Assembly (NCBI RefSeq): GCF_017876815.1
Contig: NZ_JAGIOS010000001.1
Span: 1,500,001 to 1,532,000 of the forward strand
Direction of reading: 5' to 3'
Source of the DNA: Sinorhizobium meliloti
GTDB taxonomy: Bacteria; Pseudomonadota; Alphaproteobacteria; Rhizobiales; Rhizobiaceae
DNA length: 32,000 bases
This document shows positions 25,593 to 32,000 of this stretch, one piece after another; positions within the stretch are counted from its first letter, which is position 1; the number at the start of each line of letters is the position of its first letter. The notes below the pieces were generated by a model. It had not been told where the DNA came from. It saw only the letters and a list, made by a program, of their open reading frames with translations, and searched no databases. Made by a program: the position numbers and the translations under genes.

Positions 25593-26600
25593 ATGAGTGC
25601 TCCCGAGGAAGTTCCCCACATGGACGTCGATCTCCTGAAGGGCTCCGACCGCCCCCTCTGGAGCCGCGTATTCCTTGCGCAGGAAACGTGGATAGCACTG
25701 GCTATCCTGGTGATCGGCCTCGTCGTATCGGTCATCTCGGCGAAGTTCGCGACTTCCGGAAACCTCCTCAACATTTTCCAGAATGCCTGCTTCATCGGGA
25801 TTATGGCGCTCGGCATGACGCCGGTGCTCATCAGCGGCGGCATCGATATCTCTGTCGGATCGATCCTTGGCATGTGCGGAGTGACGCTTGGCATCGTGCT
25901 CAATTCGGACATGCCGCTCGCCGTCGGCATCCTCGCGACTCTCGCGATGGGTGTCGCCTGCGGTATGGTCAACGGAATCATCATCTCCTACGTCAAGCTC
26001 CCGCCATTCATCGTCACTCTTGCCACCTTGTCCATCGGGCGCAGCCTCGCTTTGGTGCTCACGAACAATGAGGTGTTCTACGAATTCGGACGGGCCACCA
26101 ACGGTATCATCGCGCTCGGCGGTGGCTATAGTTTCGGATTGCCTAACGTGGTCTATGCTCTCGTCGCGGGCGTGATCATCCTGCATTTCCTGCTGACCAT
26201 GACGCGGTGGGGCCGCTACCTGTTCGCGATCGGCGGCAACGAGGCTGCGGCGCGACTGGCCGGTATCCCTGTGGACCTCATCAAGGTCTCGGCCTACGCC
26301 TTCAACGGCCTGATGGTTGCCATAACGGCCGTGTTCCTGGTCGGCTGGCTTGGCGCCGTCACCAACGCGATCGGAACCGGATACGAGTTGCAGGTCATCG
26401 CGTCGACGGTAATCGGCGGAGCGTCGCTGACAGGCGGGTTCGGCACGGCGCTCGGCGCAGCCATCGGCGCGATCCTCGTAGAGGTTATCCGCAACGCCCT
26501 GCTCATCGCAGGGGTCAACCCGTTCTGGCAGGGAATGTTCGTGGGAAGTTTCATTCTAGCCGCGGTCCTGCTCGAAAGAATCCGCTCGCTGCGTCGGTGA
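25593..26600 (+). CDS. Sugar ABC transporter permease (RbsC/AraH-like, CUT2 type)
   Basis: ORF 25572..26600 (TTG overlapping the ATPase stop). ATG 25593 with GGAGA 9 nt upstream is the more likely start. It has about 10 TM segments, including the GGIDISVGS block typical of BPD_transp_2 permeases. Confidence 0.85.
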   Translation: MSAPEEVPHMDVDLLKGSDRPLWSRVFLAQETWIALAILVIGLVVSVISAKFATSGNLLNIFQNACFIGIMALGMTPVLISGGIDISVGSILGMCGVTLGIVLNSDMPLAVGILATLAMGVACGMVNGIIISYVKLPPFIVTLATLSIGRSLALVLTNNEVFYEFGRATNGIIALGGGYSFGLPNVVYALVAGVIILHFLLTMTRWGRYLFAIGGNEAAARLAGIPVDLIKVSAYAFNGLMVAITAVFLVGWLGAVTNAIGTGYELQVIASTVIGGASLTGGFGTALGAAIGAILVEVIRNALLIAGVNPFWQGMFVGSFILAAVLLERIRSLRR

Positions 26601-26638
26601 GCGCAATCCGCGTCAACAAGGAAAAGGGAGGAACTTCA

Positions 26639-27652
26639 ATGCAACCAGTACGCACTCTCACGGCAGCCCTTTCGGTGGCCTGCCTGGCCGCCGGCTTGAC
26701 TGCGCCCCAGGCCAACGCTGCCGATCGCGAATTCGCCCTCGTCTTCAAGGTGCTCAACAACGCCTTCAGCCCGCCGATCCAGCAGGGGTGCGAGGCCGCC
26801 GCGAAGAAGCTGGGCGACGTTACCTGCACCTATCTTGGCCCGACTGAGTATGACGAAGCCAAGCAGGTCCAGCTTGCCCAGGACATGGTCACCCGCGGTG
26901 TGGCCGGCCTCGGCGTTTCGGCCGGCAACCCGAAGGCCATGGCTCGCATCATGAAAATGGCCCAGGATAAAGGCATTCCGGTCGTGACTTTCGACACGGA
27001 CGTACTGCCCGAAGATGCAGGCCTGCGCTCGACCTACATCGGAACCGACAATTATGAGTTCGGCATCGCGTTGGCGCAGAAGGTGCTCGAGAGCAAGAAG
27101 GACGGCGGTACCGTCTGCATCCAGTCGGGTGCGCCTGCATCCGAGAACCTGAAAGCCCGCGTCCAAGGCATCCGCGACACTCTTGCCGGCGTCACGAAGG
27201 ACAAGGGTGCGGAAAAGCTGACAGGCCAGAACGGCTGGACCGAGCCGGCAGGCTGCCCTGTCTACAACAATGACGACATCACGCTTGCCGCCCAGCAGGT
27301 GCGCGACGTCATGACGAACAACCCCGAGCTTAGCGCTTTCGTCGCGGTCGGCGGCTGGGCCCAGTATGCTCCGCAGGCTTATAAGCAGGCCATGGAGCCG
27401 CTCAAGGCACGCCTCGACAGCAAGGACCTGGTTGTGGTGTTCGGCGACAATTTCGGCCCGCAGTTGCCGCTGCTGGCCGAAGGACTAAGCCACTACAACA
27501 TCGGCCAGCGTCCCTATGACATGGGCTATGAAACCATCATGGCGCTGGACAAGCTGACCAAGGGCGAAAAGGTGGAGCCGTTCATCAAGACCGGTACCGA
27601 GGTTTGCACCCCCGAGGATGCGCTGACGACCTGCGGCAAGACTGCGAACTAG
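26639..27652 (+). CDS. Periplasmic sugar-binding protein (Peripla_BP type)
   Basis: This is the in-frame internal part of ORF 26207..27652. ATG 26639 follows GGGAGG and gives the signal peptide MQPVRTLTAALSVACLAAGLTAPQANA. The mature protein carries six Cys residues. Confidence 0.85.
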   Translation: MQPVRTLTAALSVACLAAGLTAPQANAADREFALVFKVLNNAFSPPIQQGCEAAAKKLGDVTCTYLGPTEYDEAKQVQLAQDMVTRGVAGLGVSAGNPKAMARIMKMAQDKGIPVVTFDTDVLPEDAGLRSTYIGTDNYEFGIALAQKVLESKKDGGTVCIQSGAPASENLKARVQGIRDTLAGVTKDKGAEKLTGQNGWTEPAGCPVYNNDDITLAAQQVRDVMTNNPELSAFVAVGGWAQYAPQAYKQAMEPLKARLDSKDLVVVFGDNFGPQLPLLAEGLSHYNIGQRPYDMGYETIMALDKLTKGEKVEPFIKTGTEVCTPEDALTTCGKTAN

Positions 27653-27664
27653 GCCTTCTCCATT

Positions 27665-27697
27665 CCCCATCCCGCCCTTGTTTCGGCCGGGATGGGG
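27665..27697 (+). terminator. Terminator-like hairpin after the SBP gene
   Basis: CCCCATCCCGCC-CTTGTTTCG-GCCGGGATGGGG (about 12-bp stem), followed by ACTTGTACT, which is a poor U-tract. Confidence 0.45.
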
Positions 27698-27798
27698 ACT
27701 TGTACTCAGCAAAGCGCCGGCCGGGCGCAGGCCCTCCATCATTCAAGGGCCGATGGCCTCGACGGATTTTTGCATGGCTTCTCGACGTTTCAGACGAC

Positions 27799-28003
27799 TG
27801 CATGTTTCCTTTAATCGTATCCGATTAAAGGACAAAAACATGCAGCAGATCGAAGTGCTACAGCGACCTTTGCGCGTCTGATAAGACGCGCGGCGCTGTA
27901 GTGCATGTTTCCTTTAATCCTATCCGATTAAAGGACAAAACATGCAGCAGATCGAAGTGCTACAGCGACCTTTGCGCGTCTGATAAGACGCGCGGCGCTG
28001 TAG
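27799..28003. repeat. Tandem duplication (103 + 102 bp) of a two-hairpin RIME-like intergenic element
   Basis: Units 27799..27901 and 27902..28003 differ by one substitution (G27817 vs C27920) and one A-run indel. Each unit consists of hairpin 1, TGCATGTTTCCTTTAATCG-TATC-CGATTAAAGGACAAAAACATGCA, and hairpin 2, CTACAGCG..GCGCGTC-TGATAA-GACGCGC..CGCTGTAG. Confidence 0.9.
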
Positions 28004-28143
28004 GTATGGTGGGTGGCGGTCGGGGCGCCTTCTTCGGTGCGGTCCACTGCCGCGCGGCGGCGATGCCGCACCGTTTCGAGTTCGTCGCCGGTGCGCTGTC
28101 CGACGGGTTGCCGCTCTATGAACAAACCCTTGGGGAACTCTAG
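28004..28143 (+). pseudogene. Probable relic of the 5' end of a second Gfo/Idh/MocA-type dehydrogenase gene
   Basis: The frame starting at ATG 28006 reads MVGGGRGAFFGAVHCRAAAMPHRFEFVAGALSD, then GLPLYEQTLGEL-stop. This resembles the Rossmann N-terminus GMVGGGxGAFIGxVHRxAA....FELVAGALSS that I recall from a Gfo/Idh/MocA subfamily. It stops after 45 codons and abuts the repeat on its 5' side. Confidence 0.45.
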
Positions 28144-28144
28144 A

Positions 28145-29221
28145 ATGCCAGCAAAACAGGAACGCCGCCTTCGAGTGGGTGTGCTCGGTGCCGGGCAGAT
28201 CGCCCAGGCCGCTCATTTCGAGGCCTGCACGAAGGCTGCCAATGCCGATCTCCATGCTATCTGCGATGTCGCCGATGACCTGCGCGAACGCATGGCGATC
28301 ACCCACGGTGCGGCGAAGACCTACGACGACTACGACAGGATGCTCGCCGATCCCGATCTCGAAGCCGTGATCATCGCGACCGCCGACGCCTTCCACGTCC
28401 CGGCCTCGCTGCGCGCACTCGAAGCCGGCAAGCATGTGCTCTGCGAAAAACCCGTCGGCGTGACGGTAGAGGAATGCATTGATCTCAAGGAGGCCGTCGA
28501 AAAGTCCGGCAAGATCTTTCAGGTCGGCCACATGAAGCGCTTTGATGCCGGCCTCCAGGCGGCAAAGGCCTTCATTGCCGACGAGATGGGCGAGATGATC
28601 GCCCTCAAGGCTTGGTATTGCGACAGCACGCACCGCTATGCGATGACGGATGCCGTCCAGCCGCTGATCGTCACCAGTGCCAAGGCGAAAAAGCCCTCGG
28701 CCAATCCGAAGGCGGATCTGCGCCGCTACTACATGCTGGCCCATGGCTGCCACCTGATCGACACCGCGCGTTACTTCGGCGGCGACATCGTCTCGGTGCA
28801 GGCGCGACTTTCCGAGCGGGCCGGCATCTGGTGCTGGTTCGTCGACGCCGAGTTCGCTTCCGGCACGCTCGGCCACCTCGACCTCACCGTGCAAGTCCGC
28901 ATGGACTGGCACGAGGGTTTCCAGATTTACGGCGAGAAGGGCAGCGTTCTCGGCAAGACCTATAACCCCTGGTACTACAAGACGAGCGAGGTGGACATTT
29001 TCCGCGAGGCCGATGGCGCGACGCATCGGGTGCTCGGTGCCGACGGTCACTTCTATCGCCGCCAGGTCGAAGGTTTTGCACGCACCATCCTCGATGGTGC
29101 GCCGATGGAAGGCGCCGGCATCGACGACGGCCTCGCCTCGGTCCGCGCCATGGTCGCCATCGCGCGCTCGGTGGAGAGCGGCAAGGCGGTTGCACTTTCT
29201 GATGTCGAGGGTGGCGTCTGA
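28145..29221 (+). CDS. Gfo/Idh/MocA-family NAD(P)-dependent oxidoreductase
   Basis: This is the in-frame internal part of ORF 28013..29221, with ATG 28145 (MPAKQERRLRVGVLGAGQIAQAAH, Rossmann GxGxxA). The EKP motif context HVLCEKPVG is present. Confidence 0.9.
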   Translation: MPAKQERRLRVGVLGAGQIAQAAHFEACTKAANADLHAICDVADDLRERMAITHGAAKTYDDYDRMLADPDLEAVIIATADAFHVPASLRALEAGKHVLCEKPVGVTVEECIDLKEAVEKSGKIFQVGHMKRFDAGLQAAKAFIADEMGEMIALKAWYCDSTHRYAMTDAVQPLIVTSAKAKKPSANPKADLRRYYMLAHGCHLIDTARYFGGDIVSVQARLSERAGIWCWFVDAEFASGTLGHLDLTVQVRMDWHEGFQIYGEKGSVLGKTYNPWYYKTSEVDIFREADGATHRVLGADGHFYRRQVEGFARTILDGAPMEGAGIDDGLASVRAMVAIARSVESGKAVALSDVEGGV

Positions 29222-30051
29222 TGAAGCTCGGGGTCTTCGCCAAGACCTTTGAAGGTACGCAACCGGGTGCGGTGCTCGATGCCGTCGCGGCTGCCGGGTT
29301 TGCCGCCGCGCAGTACAACATGGCCTGCTCGGGCCTCGCCTCCATGCCTGAAGCCATCGACGAGGGGCAGGCGTGCGCGGTTGCCGACGCGGCGAAGAAG
29401 GCCGGCATCGAAATCGCGGCGGTCTCCGGCACCTACAACATGATCCATCCCGACCAGGCGATGCGCGAGGCCGGCCACCGCCGGTTAGCCGTTCTGGCGG
29501 AACGCAGCCACGCGATGTCCACCCGCCTCGTCACGCTTTGCACCGGCACGCGCGATCCACTCGACCAGTGGAGGGAGCACCCCGAAAACGACACGCCGGA
29601 AGCCTGGCGCGATCTGCTCCAGGCCATGGAAACGGCGATCGGCATTGCAGACCGCTGCGACGTCGATCTCGGCATCGAGCCGGAGCTTGCCAATGTCGTC
29701 AACTCGGCGCAAAAGGCCCGCCGGCTGATCGACGAGATGCGGAGCCCGCGTATAAAAATCGTGCTCGACCCCGCCAATCTCTTTGAAACGACAACGCTTG
29801 ATGAGCAGCGGACGACCGTGTCCGCGGCAATCGATCTTCTCGCCGACCGCATCGTCATGGCGCATGCGAAGGACCGGAACCCGGACGGCAGCTTTGCGAC
29901 CGCTGGAAAGGGTGTGCTCGACTACGCACACTATCTCGGTCGCCTGAAGGCCATCGGCTTTACCGGCAGCCTGATCACTCATGGGCTTGCAGCAAGCGAG
30001 GCCAAGGACGTTGCCCGCTTCCTCTCCGAAAAGCTTGAGGCGGGGCGATGA
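29221..30051 (+). CDS. Xylose-isomerase-like TIM-barrel protein (sugar phosphate isomerase/epimerase family)
   Basis: 276 aa. Its start overlaps the upstream stop (TGATG). It has the family look (MKLGVFAKTF..., LGIEPE, VLDPANL, AHAKD). Confidence 0.85.
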   Translation: MKLGVFAKTFEGTQPGAVLDAVAAAGFAAAQYNMACSGLASMPEAIDEGQACAVADAAKKAGIEIAAVSGTYNMIHPDQAMREAGHRRLAVLAERSHAMSTRLVTLCTGTRDPLDQWREHPENDTPEAWRDLLQAMETAIGIADRCDVDLGIEPELANVVNSAQKARRLIDEMRSPRIKIVLDPANLFETTTLDEQRTTVSAAIDLLADRIVMAHAKDRNPDGSFATAGKGVLDYAHYLGRLKAIGFTGSLITHGLAASEAKDVARFLSEKLEAGR

Positions 30052-30857
30052 GCATCACCTTCGAGACAAGCGACGGCACGCGGCTGAATGTCGACACGGC
30101 GGGCGAGGGCATGCCGGTTGTCTTCCTGCACGGACTTTGCGGCGACGCGGGCCAGACCTCCGAAGCGTTTCCCACCGAACCCGGCTACCGCCGCGTCACG
30201 ATCGAGGCTCGCGGTCATGGCCGATCGCAGTCCGGCGGACTCGACAGGCTTTCGATCGAAACCTTCGCGAATGACGTCGCTGCCTATGTCGAGGCCAATC
30301 TGGACGTGCCTGTCATCATCGGCGGCATTTCCATGGGGGCGGCGATTTCGCTTCGCCTTGCCGTAAAGCGTCCCGATCTCGTCCGCGCGCTTGTCCTCGC
30401 CCGGCCCGCCTGGCTGACGGCATCGGCGCCGGAAAATATGATCCCGAATGCCGAAGTCGGCCACCTTTTGACCCATCTGCCGCCGCCAGCGGCAAAGGCC
30501 GCTTTCCTGGCAGGTCCCCTCGGGCAGCGTCTTGCGGCGGCCGCGCCGGACAATCTGGCCTCGCTCACCGGCTTTTTCGCGCGGGAACCCATCGAGGTCA
30601 CGGCCGCGCTCCTCACCGCCGTTTCCAAGGACGGCCCGGGAGTCACGGAGGCCGATCTCGCCCGCATCGCCGTCCCGACGCTCGTCATCGGCCATGAACG
30701 CGATCTCGTTCATCCCATCGCCCACGCGCGTGCGCTGGCGGAGAAAATCCCCGCTGCACGCTTCGTCCAGATCACCCCCAAGGCGGAGGACAAGGCGCGA
30801 TACGTCGCCGATTTCCACCGCGCCCTGCGCACGTTCCTGAAGGATGTTCAGAGATGA
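30048..30857 (+). CDS. Alpha/beta-fold hydrolase
   Basis: 269 aa with an ATGA overlap with the upstream gene. Oxyanion region VVFLHGL, nucleophile elbow GISMG, and later acidic (GHERDLV) and His (DFHRAL) candidates. Confidence 0.85.
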   Translation: MSITFETSDGTRLNVDTAGEGMPVVFLHGLCGDAGQTSEAFPTEPGYRRVTIEARGHGRSQSGGLDRLSIETFANDVAAYVEANLDVPVIIGGISMGAAISLRLAVKRPDLVRALVLARPAWLTASAPENMIPNAEVGHLLTHLPPPAAKAAFLAGPLGQRLAAAAPDNLASLTGFFAREPIEVTAALLTAVSKDGPGVTEADLARIAVPTLVIGHERDLVHPIAHARALAEKIPAARFVQITPKAEDKARYVADFHRALRTFLKDVQR

Positions 30858-30994
30858 CCGTCGCGGCAAGCGGGCAAGGTTGTCGAGCGCGTCGGTCAGC
30901 GCGAGATTTGGGTCGCCATGCCGCGTCTGCGGCGCGGGAAGCGTTCTCAGCCCAAGGACTTGGTCTGGCGGGATCCCGAACCTCAACAGGCTTA

Positions 30995-31042
30995 AGGCAC
31001 TTCCAGGAAAAATGCGTAACGGTTTTCCGTTCGGAAGTGCCT
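30995..31042. repeat. Second copy of the GGAAAA/TTTTCC-core hairpin repeat
   Basis: AGGCACTTCC-A-GGAAAA-ATGCGTAACGG-TTTTCC-GTTC-GGAAGTGCCT. It has the same architecture as 6477..6518 but different outer-stem sequences. Confidence 0.55.
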
Positions 31043-31068
31043 CGCTTCAAAGTCGGAGCATTTCGCGA

Positions 31069-31731
31069 TCAGCCGCCGCGGCGCTTGTTGCGCACCTCGT
31101 CATAGGGGATGCGGAAGACCTTGTCGTCGAGCGCGATGCCGGTCCGGACGTTGAAGATCATCACCGACGTGTCTTTCTTCTGCGCGTCGGTGATCGTCCA
31201 CTGCCGCAGATTGTAGCTCTTCGGGTCGAACATCATCGTGATGGTCGAATCTCCGAAGATGGAGCGGTCGCCGAGTACGATGGTGATGAGGTCCGCTTCC
31301 ACCCTCACGTCGCGTACCATCCTGCTTCTCAAGTCGATCCTTTCGCTGAGCAACAGATTGAGCGGGGTCTTCGAGAGCGGATAGATATCCCAGGTCTTGA
31401 GCTTCATATTGCCGATGACGACGGACTTGCCGTCGGCGATGACCCGCATCGGCGAGGGTGCTTCGTAATTGAAGCGGATGCGTCCCGGCCGGCGGATATA
31501 GAACTTGCCGCCCGTCTGTTCGCCGCGCGGGCCGAACTGGACGAATTCGCCGGCCATCGTCTTCACGGACGAGAAATGATCGGCGATCCTCTGGGCAACG
31601 GCGGACGCCTGAGCCGAAGCGTCGCCCGCGCCGAACGTCGTGGCGCCGAAGCCGGCGAGGGCCGCCAGGCCGCCAACGAAGACGCGCCGCGAGATTGCCC
31701 CGTTGCGGCCGTCGGTTTTGGTCTCCATCAT
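31069..31731 (-). CDS. lolA: LolA-family outer-membrane lipoprotein carrier-like protein
   Basis: ORF 31069..31746. I moved the start to ATG 31731, which lies 6 nt after AAGGAG. N-terminal RRVFVGGLAALAGFGATTFGAGDASA is a signal (Tat-like RR). The core FVQFGPRGEQTGGKFYIRRPGRIRFNY is typical of LolA. Conserved neighbour of ftsK. Confidence 0.8.
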   Translation of the reverse strand: MMETKTDGRNGAISRRVFVGGLAALAGFGATTFGAGDASAQASAVAQRIADHFSSVKTMAGEFVQFGPRGEQTGGKFYIRRPGRIRFNYEAPSPMRVIADGKSVVIGNMKLKTWDIYPLSKTPLNLLLSERIDLRSRMVRDVRVEADLITIVLGDRSIFGDSTITMMFDPKSYNLRQWTITDAQKKDTSVMIFNVRTGIALDDKVFRIPYDEVRNKRRGG

Positions 31732-31866
31732 CGCAGTCTCCTTCATTCGTGATCATTTGAAGGGCAAGTGGGGCGCCTTCAAGGCGTTGGAAAACCCCGA
31801 AAACACGACGCCTTCAAATGACCGTTACCGCCTGCCGCGCGCTGATCACGCCGCTGTGGCGCTGTC

Positions 31867-32000
31867 TTACCGGCCGGTGATCTCAGCCTCGGTCGGCACC
31901 AGTATCTCGCGCTTTCCGGCGTGGTTCGCGGGGCTGATGATGCCTTCCTGCTCCATCCGCTCGATCAGCGAGGCGGCCCTATTATAGCCGATACCGAGGC
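31867..32000 (-). CDS. ftsK: DNA translocase FtsK, C-terminal gamma-domain end only (rest beyond the window end)
   Basis: The reverse complement reads ...[43 protein letters not shown]-stop (TAA at 31869..31867). This is the winged-helix gamma domain signature of FtsK. Confidence 0.8.
   Translation of the reverse strand, partial: LGIGYNRAASLIERMEQEGIISPANHAGKREILVPTEAEITGR

Noticed and set aside
26207-26638. N-terminal 144 codons of ORF 26207..27652
   Set aside because: This part overlaps the permease gene in another frame and is Arg/Gly-rich. The binding protein clearly starts at ATG 26639, which has a GGGAGG Shine-Dalgarno and a signal peptide. The same logic was applied to the extended starts of ORFs 13968, 8765, 8084, 20288, 28013 and 11335.
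27920-31752. Long ORFs 27920..29050 (-), 29979..30986 (-) and 30844..31752 (+)
   Set aside because: They are antisense shadows of the oxidoreductase, alpha/beta hydrolase and lolA genes, with an Arg/Gly/Asp-rich composition and no motifs.

Overview
This is a high-GC alphaproteobacterial chromosome segment. Gene content, gene order and the intergenic repeat families point to Rhizobiaceae (Sinorhizobium/Ensifer-like), but that is inference by eye with no search run. I call about 30 protein genes.

Most are ordinary core functions:
- a partial BI-1/YccA membrane protein
- the divergent tesA / ybbA-ybbP unit, then thpR, phhB and a DUF1232 protein
- an IalB-family protein, rlmN, and a PF04392-type ABC importer
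- a LysE exporter divergent from argG, and a marR-MFS pair divergent from leuC
- a SixA-like phosphatase, a YkuD-fold protein with no signal peptide, an OmpR-family response regulator, a stand-alone cNMP-binding protein and xthA
- lolA and the 3' end of ftsK

The accessory-looking content is:
- One intact ISAs1-family insertion sequence (6642..7807). It has 9-bp target duplications and sits in the apex of a dispersed palindromic repeat.
- An ~8.3 kb carbohydrate locus (22547..30857). It holds a ROK regulator and ROK kinase, a single-NBD sugar ABC importer, and a translationally coupled dehydrogenase / TIM-barrel / alpha-beta hydrolase trio. A tandemly duplicated two-hairpin repeat and an apparent dehydrogenase gene relic interrupt it.

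At least three families of structured intergenic repeats recur in the window.

I found no tRNA, rRNA, CRISPR array, prophage, or recognisable defence, toxin-antitoxin or secretion system. Nothing here convincingly amounts to a new multi-gene system. The best follow-up targets are the unassigned sugar locus with its two Cys-less ROK proteins, the repeat/IS architecture, and a perfect CtrA-type box. Start codons were adjusted by eye from Shine-Dalgarno spacing and N-terminal plausibility. All family assignments are motif-level recognition, not database hits.
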